Below are positions 45,619-55,805 of a stretch of 64,000 nucleotides of DNA, piece by piece. The number at the start of each line of letters is the position of its first letter. Positions within the stretch are counted from its first letter, which is position 1. The position numbers were made by a program, and so were the translations under genes. Below the pieces are notes generated by a model. That model ran no database searches and was not told the origin of the DNA. It worked only from the letters and a program-made list of their open reading frames with translations. Origin of the DNA: an uncultured delta proteobacterium (lineage in GTDB: Bacteria > Myxococcota_A > Polyangia > Polyangiales > Polyangiaceae). The stretch spans positions 384,001-448,000 of the forward strand of contig CAWJCS010000006.1 in assembly GCA_963841435.1 (NCBI GenBank), read 5' to 3'.

Positions 45619-48600
45619 TCAGGGCGCCGGCGCAGCCTCGCTAGCGGGTCGCGGCCGGCCCCAGGCGAAGCGCAGGTACAGAGACGGCAAAACGAACAGG
45701 TTCAGCAACGTGGAGCTCACGAGGCCACCCAGGATCACGAGCGCCATGGGGTGCTCGATCTCGTGACCGGGCCGCGCGCCGGCCACCACGAGGGGGACGA
45801 GCGCGAGCGCCGTCGTGAGCGCCGTCATCAAGATGGGCGCGAGGCGCTCCTCGGCACCCCGAAGGACGAGCTCGCGGCCAAAGCCGACCCCCTCGACGTC
45901 CTCGAGGTGCTTGAAGTGGCTGACCAGCATGATGCCGTTGCGCGCCGCGATGCCGAGCACGGTGACGAAGCCAATCAGTGTGCCGAGCGAAAGGGTCCCG
46001 CCAGACAGGGCTGCCGCCGCTACTCCGCCGACGAGCGCGAACGGGAGCGTCGCGAAAGCGAGCAGCGCGAGGCGTAGCCTACCGAGCGCGGTCAGGAGCA
46101 CCACGAAGATCGCAACCGCCGCGCCGGCCACCAGCAGGCGCATGCGAGCCGTCGCCTCGCCGAGCTCGCGATGCTCGCCCAAGAGCTCCGCGTGGTAGCC
46201 GCGCGGAAACGCGATGCCCCCGAGCTTTGCCTCGATCTCCTTGGCCACGCTGCCGAGGTCGCGGCCGCGAACGTTGCAGCTCACGTCGAGGCGCCGTGAG
46301 GACGCCTCGCGCTTGATGGTGCCGGGGCCGCCGCCGAGCCGTACGCGCGCGACGTCGCGCAAGCGGACCGCGCCACCGCTGGGAGTATCGACCAAGAGGT
46401 TCGAAAGCGCGGTGACGTCGCTCTGCCAGCGCCCCTCACCCCGGACCACTATGTCGAACACGCGTTGGCCTTCGACGATTTCTCCGACCTTGTGGCCCTT
46501 CACGAACGTCGCCGCCTGGTGGCGGATCGCGTACGGAGTCAGCCCGAAGCGCTGGGCCGCCGGGAGATCCACGTCGATCTCGAGCTGCGGGATGGGGGCG
46601 AGCGGCTCGACCTTGAGGTCGGCCACGCCGGGGATGTCGCTCAACAGGCCGCGCACGCGGGTGGCCTCGGTGCCGAGCGTGTCGAGCTCGGGGCCGAACA
46701 CTCTGACGACCAGGGAAGCACTGCTGCCCGAGAGCACCTCCTTGATGCGCTCGCGCAGGTACGTGAGAACGTCGCGGTAAAGCCCGGGGTAGCCGTCGAC
46801 GACCTCCTGAATGCGAGCCAGCGTTCCGTCGTAGTCGGCCTGGGCGTCGACGCTGATCCAGAGCTCGGTGAAGTTGATGCCGACGACCTCGTCGGCGACC
46901 TCGGCGCGCCCGATGTGAGAGCCGAAGTTTCGCACCCCGGGGATGGCGCGTAGCTCCTTGCTCGCGCGCTCGGTGATGCGCACCATCGCCGGGTGCGAGA
47001 TGCCCGGCTTTTCGACCCAGTGCATGAGAAAGTCGCGCTCTTTGAAATCCGGCAGCAGCGAGCTTCCGAGGAACGGGACGATCGCCGCCGCTCCGGCGGT
47101 CAGCGCTGAAAGGCCGCCGAGCGCGCTCCGCGGCCGGTCGAGCAGGCGGGGCAGCAGACGGCGGTAGCGCGCGGCGAGCCAGGCGAGCACCGGGCTCCGC
47201 CGGCTCGCTCTCGGGCGCCGGAGCAGCAAGAAGCACAGCACGGGCGTGACGGTCAGGGCCACGAGGAGCGACGCGGACACGGCGACGATGTACGAGAGTG
47301 CCAGCGGCCGGAAAAACGCCCCCGAGAGACCCTCCATCATGAACACGGGGACGAAGGCGAGCACCACGATGAGGGTCGCGTAGACGATCGAGCCTCGAAT
47401 TTCGAGTGACGCGTCGACCACGATGCGAAACGCCGACCGCTCCCGATCCTCGGGGGACGCGAGCTTGAGGCGCCGGATGATGTTTTCCACGTCGATGATG
47501 GCGTCATCCACGACCTCGCCGAGCGCGAGCACGAGACCTGCGAGCACCATCGTATTGATGGTCTCTCCTCGCCACCTCAGCACGAGCCCAGCGGCCAAGA
47601 GCGAGAGGGGAATCGCGACGGCGCTGACGAGCGCCGTGCGCCAGTCGTAAAGAAAGAGCAGGAGCACGAGAATGACGAGGGCGCAGCCGAGCCACATCGC
47701 CGTGCTCAGGTTGTCGATCGATTCTTCGATGAACGTCGCGGGACGAAAGATGGTCGAATCCACGTCGACGCCGCGCAGCGCAGGGCGCAAGGCGGTGAGG
47801 GCCTTCTCGACCTCGCGCGTCAGCTCGAGCGTGTTACCCCAGGGTTGCTTCTCGACGATGAGCAGGAGCCCCGGCCCATCGTTGATCACGGCGTCGCCGA
47901 TGAGCGGCTGGTGCCCCTCGGTCACGCGGGCGATGTCTCCGAGGCGCAAAGGAGCACCCTCCGCCCGCGGAACCACGACGTCCGAAAGCGACGCCACGTC
48001 GTGGACGGCGGGGAGGTGCAAGACGTTCAGTCGCTGATTGGGGGTTTCGACGAAGCCGCCGCTGCTCGGGCGCGTCGCCTCGCCGGCCGCGCTCAGCACC
48101 TGGTCGAGCGTGACGCCGTGCGCGGCCAGGCGCTCGGGCTCGACCAGGACCTGCAGCTCGCGGTCGCGCTGGCCCCAGATCGCGACGTTGGCGACGCCGG
48201 GCACCGCCAGCAGCCGCGGGCGAACCGTCCAGCGCGCGAGCGTCGAGAGCTCGATGAGGCTCATCTGCTTGGACGAGAGGCCGATCTTCATCGCGCGGCT
48301 CGTCGACGACATCGGCGAGAGGATCACCGGAGGGCGCGCCACCTCGGGCAGATCCGACCTGCGCGAGCTGGACGCGTTCCTGCACGACCTGGCGCGAGCG
48401 CAAAAGGTCGGTGCCTCGCGGAAAGAAGAGCTCGATCGAGGAGAGGCCCGGGACGGACTTCGAGCGCACCTTCGTGACCCACGGCGTCCCGGACAGCGCG
48501 TCCTCGAGCGGCACGCTCACGAGCGTCTCCACCTCGAGCGCCGAAAGGCCGGGGGCCTCGGTCTGGACCTCGACCCGGGGCGGGGCAAACTCGGGGAACA

Positions 48601-48709
48601 CGTCGAGCGGCGCTCCGCGTAGCCCGAAATAGCCGAAGATCAAGAGCGCGGCGGCGCAGGCGACGACGAGGACGCGCCCCCTGAGCGCCGAGGCCACGAG
48701 CCAGCGCAT
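45619..48709 (-). CDS. CusA/CzcA-family RND efflux permease (one frameshift near 48355)
   Basis: [45 protein letters not shown] and [12 protein letters not shown]-terminus and remainder lie in different frames. Confidence 0.92.
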
Positions 48710-48731
48710 CAAGTGCCCACCTCGCCGACGT

Positions 48732-49925
48732 TCACTTGCCGGCTCCGAACTCGGTACCGAAAAGCTCCGCGACGCCGGCCGTGACCACGCGCGCACCTTC
48801 GGAGGGGCCACGGTTCAGCACCGCAAGCCCTTCGTGAACCCGCTCGAGCTCGACCCGAACGCGCTCGAACTCGTGGGCCGCTCGCTCGACGTAAACCCAC
48901 GCGCCGCCGAGCACGTCGTAGACGATCGCCGAGTAGGGCACGACGTGGCGCTCTTCGCCCCGTCCGAGCAAAGGCAGCCTGAGCGCCACGCGCTGCCCCG
49001 GAGAGAACTTCATCTTTGCGTTGTCGATCTCGTAAAACAAGCGCGCCGTGGCCGTGTTGGCGTCGCCGAGCGCGGGCGCCGGCACCGGCACGGCGGAGAC
49101 GGGCGCCGGGCCCACCGTCCCGCCGAGCGACGTGAGCGCCGCGGACGCGCCGCGATCCACGCGCTCGAGGTCGCCGACGTAAACGGGGACTTCGACCCAG
49201 AGGTGGTCGAGCTCGGCCACCTCGAACAGCGGAGCCCCTGCATTGACGCTCTGCCCGCCCGTCGCGTGCAAGCGGACGAGCACGCCATCCTGGGGCGCTT
49301 TCAGGGCCAGGCTCACGTCCGAGGTGAGCGGGCTGCCGCCGCGCAATTGATCGAGGCGCGTCTGCGCGGCCTCGAGCTCCGCGTTGGCCATGCTGCTTTC
49401 CGCCTGCCTCGTTTCGAGGGCGGGCTGGTCACCAGCGCCCTCTTTGCCGAGCTCGGTGAGCCGCTCGACCTGGCGTGAAGCCGTCGTGGCGCGCGTGCGG
49501 GCAAGCTCAACGTCGCGGCGCGCCTCGGCTTGGAGGTTTCGATGCGGCGCGACCAGCGGCAAGAGCCGGAAGACGACCTGGCCGGCCTTCAATGCCGCGC
49601 CGGGCATCGGCGAGCTCGCCCCACGCTGCCCGGCGGACAGCACGCCGGCGACAGGCGCCTGGATGACGCTCGATCGCCCCGGGCGGGCGATGAGGTCGCC
49701 CACGGCCGCGAGGGTCTCCGGCAGCTTTCGGCGTTCGACCGGAGCGGTTTGAAGGCCGAGACGCGCAACCTGTTGTGCCTCGAGCTTGAGCCACGAAAGC
49801 TTGCTCTCGACGGGGCTGGGCTTTTTCGGCGGGCTGGCCGCGGCCGTGTCCTTGTCGCCGCGACACGCCACGAGCCCGAGCGCGAGCGCGCAAAATACCA
49901 GTAGTTCTCGGCTACATCGCAGCAT
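48732..49925 (-). CDS. RND periplasmic adaptor (membrane fusion protein), lipoprotein
   Basis: Lipobox LVAC, IQAPVAG and LKAPQDG lipoyl halves, VPYSAIVYD..G..WVY. Confidence 0.9.
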   Translation of the reverse strand: MLRCSRELLVFCALALGLVACRGDKDTAAASPPKKPSPVESKLSWLKLEAQQVARLGLQTAPVERRKLPETLAAVGDLIARPGRSSVIQAPVAGVLSAGQRGASSPMPGAALKAGQVVFRLLPLVAPHRNLQAEARRDVELARTRATTASRQVERLTELGKEGAGDQPALETRQAESSMANAELEAAQTRLDQLRGGSPLTSDVSLALKAPQDGVLVRLHATGGQSVNAGAPLFEVAELDHLWVEVPVYVGDLERVDRGASAALTSLGGTVGPAPVSAVPVPAPALGDANTATARLFYEIDNAKMKFSPGQRVALRLPLLGRGEERHVVPYSAIVYDVLGGAWVYVERAAHEFERVRVELERVHEGLAVLNRGPSEGARVVTAGVAELFGTEFGAGK

Positions 49926-51237
49926 CGAAGTCCTTTCCGACCGCCCGCGACAGATCCGCGAGGGCACGTCGTGCCTGGGCGTCGAGCTCGGCTTCGCGGC
50001 CTTCGGCCTCGACGAGCCGGCGTGTCGCGTCGAGCACGGCGAGGTGGTTGGTCGCGCCAAGCTCGAACGCGCGCTCCGCGAGCGCGACGTTCTGCTCGCG
50101 CGGCTCGCGGACGAGGCGGGGCCAGCGCTCGAGCGCATCGAGTGCTTGAAGCGCGCCCGTCCGCGCGCGCTTCACCTCCCAGTTGACGCGCTGGCGAACC
50201 TCGAGGTAAGCGTAGCCCGCACGCTCGACCTCGGCGCGGGCGTGCATCCGCCCGGCCCCATTCCAGTTGAACAAGGGCAAGGTGACGCTCACGCCCGGCC
50301 CCATCTCGAAACCTTCGGTGCCCTTCTGGTTGGCGTCGAGCACGGCGCTCAGCTGGAACACCTCGGCCGTGGCGAGCCCGGCGCGTCGCCCGGCCGCTTC
50401 CAGGCGCAGCTCGGCAGCCCGCAGCTCCGGGCGTGCCGCGCGGGCGAGCCGCAACAGCTCGGGCTCGTCCGGCAGCCGCGCCGGCATCGGCGCGACCGAA
50501 AGCGGAACCGAACGCGCTGGCGCGAACGAAAGCACGTACTCGAGCCGCTGCCGCGCGAGCACGACGTCATGCTCCCGCTGATCGGCGTCGAGCGCCGCGG
50601 CGGCCGCGTCGGTGCGGATCCCGCGCGCCTCGAGCTCGTTGATCGCGTTGGCCGCGAGACGCACGTCCGCGATGTGGGCGATGCGCGTCCACACTTTGCG
50701 TGCCTTGTCGCCGAGGGCTCGGCGGCGTTCGGCCTCGACAGTACCGATGAAAGCGAGCCGCGCCGCGTGGGCGACGCCGAGACCTTCCTCGACGAGGTCT
50801 TCGGCGACACTTTCGACGTTCAGCTTGGCGATGGCCACTCGCCCGGGCCGCTTCCAGAGAAAGCTGATGTCCCAGCTCGCGGTGAGCTCGAGCTGCTTGG
50901 GTCCGAGCGGAAAGAGCAGCGAGAGCACGGGGTTTGGCAGTGCGCCGGCGGCTTCGAGCTCGGCGAGCGAGAACCCGAGGGTCGCAAGGCTCGCCTGAAA
51001 GCCGGGGTTGTTGAAAAGTGCAATCGCAACGGCTTCGTGAGTGGAAAGGCCGTCGGCGACGCGCACCGACTTCGGAAGGTTGCCGCCTTCTCCCGGGCGT
51101 GAGCGCGGGCTCGAACCGACGCGGTCACGCAAGGACGCGCCGACGTCGGCACGGTCGCGGGGACTCTGCGGTGAGCAAGCCAGCGCAGCGGCGGCTAGAC
51201 CGTAGGCAAATAGGTTGGAAACGCGAGGGCGTCCCAC
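49912..51237 (-). CDS. TolC-family outer membrane efflux protein
   Basis: Lipobox ALAC, EAVAIALFNNP, LPNP, ARPEL and VTLPLFNWN. Confidence 0.88.
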   Translation of the reverse strand: MGRPRVSNLFAYGLAAAALACSPQSPRDRADVGASLRDRVGSSPRSRPGEGGNLPKSVRVADGLSTHEAVAIALFNNPGFQASLATLGFSLAELEAAGALPNPVLSLLFPLGPKQLELTASWDISFLWKRPGRVAIAKLNVESVAEDLVEEGLGVAHAARLAFIGTVEAERRRALGDKARKVWTRIAHIADVRLAANAINELEARGIRTDAAAAALDADQREHDVVLARQRLEYVLSFAPARSVPLSVAPMPARLPDEPELLRLARAARPELRAAELRLEAAGRRAGLATAEVFQLSAVLDANQKGTEGFEMGPGVSVTLPLFNWNGAGRMHARAEVERAGYAYLEVRQRVNWEVKRARTGALQALDALERWPRLVREPREQNVALAERAFELGATNHLAVLDATRRLVEAEGREAELDAQARRALADLSRAVGKDFDAAM

Positions 51238-51302
51238 TCTCGGTCGACTAACCCGAGGGACCCGCCCGCCGCAACGGAAACCGGTGTTGTCCGCTTGGAG
51301 AA

Positions 51303-52139
51303 TCAGTCCTCGTTGCGCGCCCCGTCGTTTTCGTCATGGCCGTCGCCGTCGCCGTCGCCGCAGCCGCCGACCTCCTCGGGGGCGTTGTGTTCCGCGATCG
51401 CCATCGGACTCTCTGCGTCAACGGTATTTTCTGGGCCCTGGTCAACACAGGCCACCCCCGTCACGGAATCGACGCCGTTGTCGCATTCGCCGTCCCCGCT
51501 CGCGACGTCCGGCTCGTTCGTGCAAGGGGCCCCGCTGCCCATGATCGTGCCGTTCACGCATTCACCCGGGTTGCCGTCAGCGTGCTCTCCGTCGGCGCCG
51601 CCCCAATCGCCTGCCTCACAATGCATGTCACCGTCGTCGTCGATGCACGGCTCGCCGGAGCCTTGGACGACACCGTTGACGCACTCGCCCACCTCGCCCT
51701 CGCCGCCGGCTCCTCCAGCCCCCACGCCATTCGTGCTCGAAATGAGGAGCATGCTCACGGGAGCGGATGGGAAATGACGGACATGGCCCAGCGAGACCCT
51801 GACATTTCGTGAGGTGACCGCGAAGGTGGTGTCGAGGGTGCCGCTCGTTCGTGGGAAGACGATCGGCTCGCTCGCGCCGTCGAGCACGACCTGAAGACGG
51901 TAGGCGTGGCCACTCGCGAGAGGCAGCCGGAAGCCGCCGTCGGGAGTGACTTCGGAGGTCGTCACGGAACCCGCGTCCGAGAGGCCTTCCACGGCCGAGG
52001 GTGCGGTCGGAAACGAGTCGAGGACCAGGGTCCCTGCCACCGTGGAATCGGTGCCTCCCGAAACGTCCTTGCCACAGCCGAATGTCAAAACCAGCGCCCC
52101 GCTCATGAGAAGCGCGCTTCCAACGTTCTTGAGGGTCAT
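51303..52139 (-). CDS. Hypothetical lipoprotein with three GECxNG...GxxC repeats and acidic tail
   Basis: Lipobox TFGC, AAGGA SD, first gene of the efflux transcription unit. Confidence 0.8.
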   Translation of the reverse strand: MTLKNVGSALLMSGALVLTFGCGKDVSGGTDSTVAGTLVLDSFPTAPSAVEGLSDAGSVTTSEVTPDGGFRLPLASGHAYRLQVVLDGASEPIVFPRTSGTLDTTFAVTSRNVRVSLGHVRHFPSAPVSMLLISSTNGVGAGGAGGEGEVGECVNGVVQGSGEPCIDDDGDMHCEAGDWGGADGEHADGNPGECVNGTIMGSGAPCTNEPDVASGDGECDNGVDSVTGVACVDQGPENTVDAESPMAIAEHNAPEEVGGCGDGDGDGHDENDGARNED

Positions 52140-52172
52140 CGCCGTGTCCTTTGCTTCGATCGCCTGCCCTCA

Positions 52173-52199
52173 TTGGCCCCCGCGAAGCGGAACCTTCAC
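52173..52199 (-). promoter_or_regulatory. Putative ECF-sigma promoter 1 (GTGAAGGTTCC-N10-GGCCAA), efflux unit
   Basis: Same motif and spacing as at 52305 and 54751. Confidence 0.7.
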
Positions 52200-52304
52200 C
52201 TTCCGCATGATCTCTTGCCAGGGCTCGAGGCACCATTCGGCAAGGAGCCTGGGCGCTCGACCGAAGGCATCGGTCCTCGTCTAGGGGCGGAAAGATCGTC
52301 GTTC

Positions 52305-52331
52305 GTGAAGGTTCCCGGGGTGAGCGGCCAA
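52305..52331 (+). promoter_or_regulatory. Putative ECF-sigma promoter 2 (GTGAAGGTTCC-N10-GGCCAA), lipoprotein/Rieske unit
   Basis: 11-bp perfect inverted copy of 52189-52199, with the same GGCCAA at the same distance. Confidence 0.7.
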
Positions 52332-52348
52332 ATCCGTGCGACGAAAAA

Positions 52349-52915
52349 ATGCCACGCAGTCCCATTTCGAAGGCAACGCCCAGCGCGGTCTCCGTGCTCC
52401 TATGCGTGGGGGGTCTCATTTCGGGCTGTGGGAGCAAGGGAATTACTCCGGACGGCCGAAACGGCTCAGGCACGGCGACCGGAACCATCGGCGGGCGGGC
52501 TTACGACGCAGTCGCGGATGCGCGTTGGATTGGCGCTCCCGACGACCCCGTCAATACCCGCGTCATCTACGTCTTCGACAAGCTCGTGAGCTGCGATGCC
52601 TTGAGCGACACCGGCTGGGACGAGGCCGTGACCGATCGGACCCAGTCGCTCGAAATGAAGCTCATCGGCAAGGTCGCCGGAACGTACCCGATCGCACCGA
52701 GTGGGCGGCCTGCGACGGGCGAGGCGACCGCAAATTATACACTCACGTCCACGAGCGCGACCCCTGCGGAAATGTCGGCAAGCGGCGGCGGCGTGACGGT
52801 CGACCAGTTCCTGGACCGAGCGGCTGCCGATGGATCTTTCGATCTGACTTTTCCGGACGGCTCCGTCTCGGGCACCTTTCATGCGACCTTTTGCGCCACC
52901 GGCCACGAGCCCTGA
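52349..52915 (+). CDS. Hypothetical lipoprotein (beta-rich)
   Basis: Lipobox ISGC, C-terminal GSFDLTFPDGSVSGTFHATFC. Confidence 0.75.
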   Translation: MPRSPISKATPSAVSVLLCVGGLISGCGSKGITPDGRNGSGTATGTIGGRAYDAVADARWIGAPDDPVNTRVIYVFDKLVSCDALSDTGWDEAVTDRTQSLEMKLIGKVAGTYPIAPSGRPATGEATANYTLTSTSATPAEMSASGGGVTVDQFLDRAAADGSFDLTFPDGSVSGTFHATFCATGHEP

Positions 52916-52925
52916 GCGAGTCCAC

Positions 52926-54161
52926 GTGCCTGAGCGCTGCATCACCAAGTCGGCTCTCGTCGGACTACTCGTGGCAACCGTCGGGTGCGGCCAGGCGAAC
53001 AGCGGGACGCCTTCGGTGTCCCCAATGGCCGCGTGCCCTCGAAACGGTGTTGTCGTGGCCGAGGCGCGAGACGTTGAGCGTGACGCCGAGGGCGTTTCCT
53101 ACTCGGTGTTCGGGGAATATCCGACTCGCGAGGCCGACTGGGTGCGCGCCGGCGCCGTGCTCGGGCTTCTCGAGGACGTTTGGGCGACCACGACGAAGAA
53201 GTGCTCCGCGCTTCCAAGCGAAACGACCGATGCGATCGATGCCGCGCTTTCCACCCTGGACACCGCGATTCCCGCCCAGGATCAGCAAAGCGCCGCGTAC
53301 GCCGGAAACGACGTCCACCTCGCGATGACGGGCCTATTTCAGTACTTCAACCCAGAAACGCCCGTCGAGATCGTGCGCATGGACGCCACGTTCCTGCGGG
53401 CCGGCATCGACGCACACTTCGGGGATTGGTCGGCGTATGCGGATGACCTCGCGTCCCTGCAGACCGATTGGGCCGCCCTGAAAGCGGCGGCCGAAGCGAA
53501 GGCCCCCACGTGCCATCGTGTGGCGGGCACTGAGTCCGTGGTCGGTGACGTCGACGACACGTTGGCCGCGATGGGCGGCGCTGGGGGCTCGGACGCCGTC
53601 ACCATCGAGAGGGAAGCCGATGCTGGCTTGCTCGAGGTGGACATCCTGGAGTTGTTGTTCGACTGCCCGGTGGATGGTGTGGCACCGAGCTCCGGGCTCG
53701 GCTCCCAGTGCTCCGCGAAAAACGACTGCCAAAGCGGCGAAGTTTGTGATCTTGCCAACGCCGGCGGGCGGTGTGCTCCCGACCCCACGAGCACCAACGT
53801 CGGTGCCTCCTGTGCCACCACGATCGACTGCGGCAACGATCCTCGCGACGCTTGCAACAACGAGGCGGGCGACGGCTATCCGGGCGGGTACTGCACCATG
53901 GAGCCGTGCAACGACGTTCAGGTGTGCTCCCCCGGCGCGACGTGCGTTTCGCAACCTTTCGAAACACCCGCGTGCATGCAGAGCTGCACGACGGACAGCG
54001 ACTGCCGCGTCGGCGAGGGCTACGTCTGCCAGCTGTTTCCGAGCTCGCCGCCGAGCGGCTTCGGGCCTTCGGATCACGCCTGCTCTTTCCCTTGCGGGAA
54101 GGACGAAGATTGTACGACGCCGCTGAAATGCGGCGTCCCCTCCGGGAAGTGCGTGCCCTGA
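52926..54161 (+). CDS. Hypothetical lipoprotein: duplicated acidic helical domain + Cys-rich C-terminus
   Basis: Lipobox TVGC, two DW...W helical repeats, C-terminal PGGYC...C and CTTDSDCR Cys-rich modules. Confidence 0.8.
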   Translation: MPERCITKSALVGLLVATVGCGQANSGTPSVSPMAACPRNGVVVAEARDVERDAEGVSYSVFGEYPTREADWVRAGAVLGLLEDVWATTTKKCSALPSETTDAIDAALSTLDTAIPAQDQQSAAYAGNDVHLAMTGLFQYFNPETPVEIVRMDATFLRAGIDAHFGDWSAYADDLASLQTDWAALKAAAEAKAPTCHRVAGTESVVGDVDDTLAAMGGAGGSDAVTIEREADAGLLEVDILELLFDCPVDGVAPSSGLGSQCSAKNDCQSGEVCDLANAGGRCAPDPTSTNVGASCATTIDCGNDPRDACNNEAGDGYPGGYCTMEPCNDVQVCSPGATCVSQPFETPACMQSCTTDSDCRVGEGYVCQLFPSSPPSGFGPSDHACSFPCGKDEDCTTPLKCGVPSGKCVP

Positions 54162-54163
54162 AG

Positions 54164-54718
54164 TTGACGTTGGAGCTCTTCGGTCTTTCTCGCCGGTCGC
54201 TGCTGCTTGGGGTCGCCGCCTGCACGGCCTGCGGTGCGCAGCCACCATCGGGGCCCGAGCCCGATTGCGTCGCACCATCCGCGGGCGAAGCGCTGCCGTA
54301 CTGCTTGCTGTCCGTCGAACGAGTCCGCGTCCTCGGCGGTGCCAAACTTGCCGTCGGTGAGGCGACGCTTTGGAACGTCAACGACGCGACGGCGGTCATT
54401 TTGGCGCGAGACGAGCTGGGACTCTTTGCACGCTCTGCGATATGCCCGCATGCTTGTTGCGTGGTGGCACTTTGTACCAATGTTTCCTGCGGAACCCTCA
54501 CGCCCTCCCCGGGAGCGTGCGGCTCCTCTGGCGTCGTCCGGCCCGATCCGGCCGGTGGGATCATCTGCCCCTGTCACGGCTCGATGTTCCGGCTCTCCGA
54601 TGGAGCGGTTCTCAGCGGCCCGGCTCGATCGGCCCTTCGCGCGTACCAGGCAACCGTGGACGAAGCCGACGCCTGGGTCGACACGGGGACCATCGTTGAT
54701 CCCCAAACCCGCGCCTGA
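54164..54718 (+). CDS. Rieske [2Fe-2S] domain protein with twin-arginine-like signal
   Basis: SRRSLL, box I CPHACC, box II CPCHGSMF, GAVLSGPA..AL. Confidence 0.88.
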   Translation: MTLELFGLSRRSLLLGVAACTACGAQPPSGPEPDCVAPSAGEALPYCLLSVERVRVLGGAKLAVGEATLWNVNDATAVILARDELGLFARSAICPHACCVVALCTNVSCGTLTPSPGACGSSGVVRPDPAGGIICPCHGSMFRLSDGAVLSGPARSALRAYQATVDEADAWVDTGTIVDPQTRA

Positions 54719-54750
54719 CCGGGGTCTTCGTGCCGATCGTGCCCGGAAAA

Positions 54751-54776
54751 TGAAGGCTCCGCGGCGATGCGGCCAA
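54751..54776 (+). promoter_or_regulatory. Putative ECF-sigma promoter 3 (TGAAGGCTCC-N10-GGCCAA), upstream of the sigma's own operon
   Basis: Third copy of the motif with identical spacing, at the position expected for autoregulation. Confidence 0.7.
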
Positions 54777-54896
54777 AAGGAGGCCAGGGACCGACAATCG
54801 TGGAGTCTACCCAACTTAGCGACTCGCACCGGTACCAGTCCGATCCGGACTTCGCACCACCCCACTGGGGCCCCGCCGCGGGCACACGCCTTCCTC

Positions 54897-55805
54897 GTGA
54901 CGTCGCTGCTCGTCCTACTCGGTGGGCCCGCCCGCGCTTCCGATTTGAAGGCGTGTACCGAGGCGCGCGTGCAGATACAGGGAACCATCGGCGGCGCTTG
55001 GGAAACGGCGCTCGAGCAAGCGTGCAGAGACCTGGCGCGCCAGAGCGATGCGGACCCCGGTGTCACCGTGAGAGTTTCGGCTGACGACGGCGGCATGATG
55101 CTGGAAGCCGCATTGTCCGATGGGCGCGTCGCCGTGCGCCATCTGACACACCCCGACGAGGTGGCGCTGACCCTCGAAGCCGTCACCAGGGTCCCCCGTC
55201 GCGACGAGCCACCCGCGCAACCGCGCGAGCGCGCGCCCGCCATGCCGCCGGCCGAAACGAAACCACCCCCTGCACCCGAGGTCGCGCATCCCGCCTCCGG
55301 TCCTTCTGTCGAGGTCGGGATGACCACGATGGGCCGCCTCGCCCTACCGGGGTACGGGGCTTTGGGAGGCGAAATGTGGGCGCAGCTCCAGGTGTCCGAA
55401 TGGAGCGTCGCTCTTGCCGCACGCTGGGATGGTCTGGTCCTCCCATTCGGGGAGACCCTGGCGGGGTTCGAAATGGACAGCGTTGGCGCCGGCTTTCTCG
55501 TCGGGCGGCGAGCCCGCCTCGCACCCGCGTTACGCCTCGACGCTGGCGTTACGACGGTCCTTCTCGTCAACGCCCAGAGCGTGCAGGCGCCCGACGGAGA
55601 GCACGCAGGTCAGCAGACCGATCTGCGCCTCGGCGCGTTCGGGCGCGCGCACCTCGGGGGTTCGGCCGTGCGCCTTGCCCTGTCGGTTGAGGCCGAATTT
55701 TCCCCCAGCCGGGTGAGACGGCGCCCGAGGATCGACGCGATGCTGCCGCCACTGCCAACGTATGGCTTTGGGCTCGGATTGGGCGCATCCTGGAGCGGAC
55801 CATGA
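54897..55805 (+). CDS. Hypothetical exported protein with C-terminal beta-barrel-like region (start uncertain)
   Basis: Hydrophobic N-terminus ending PARA, small domain with a Cys pair, Pro linker, amphipathic strands ending FGLGLGASW. Stop overlaps the sigma start. Confidence 0.7.
   Translation: MTSLLVLLGGPARASDLKACTEARVQIQGTIGGAWETALEQACRDLARQSDADPGVTVRVSADDGGMMLEAALSDGRVAVRHLTHPDEVALTLEAVTRVPRRDEPPAQPRERAPAMPPAETKPPPAPEVAHPASGPSVEVGMTTMGRLALPGYGALGGEMWAQLQVSEWSVALAARWDGLVLPFGETLAGFEMDSVGAGFLVGRRARLAPALRLDAGVTTVLLVNAQSVQAPDGEHAGQQTDLRLGAFGRAHLGGSAVRLALSVEAEFSPSRVRRRPRIDAMLPPLPTYGFGLGLGASWSGP

Noticed and set aside
54750-54896. ATG 54750 as the start of the barrel-like gene
   Set aside because: It lies within the third promoter motif and gives a non-signal-like N-terminus. 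A downstream start is more plausible.
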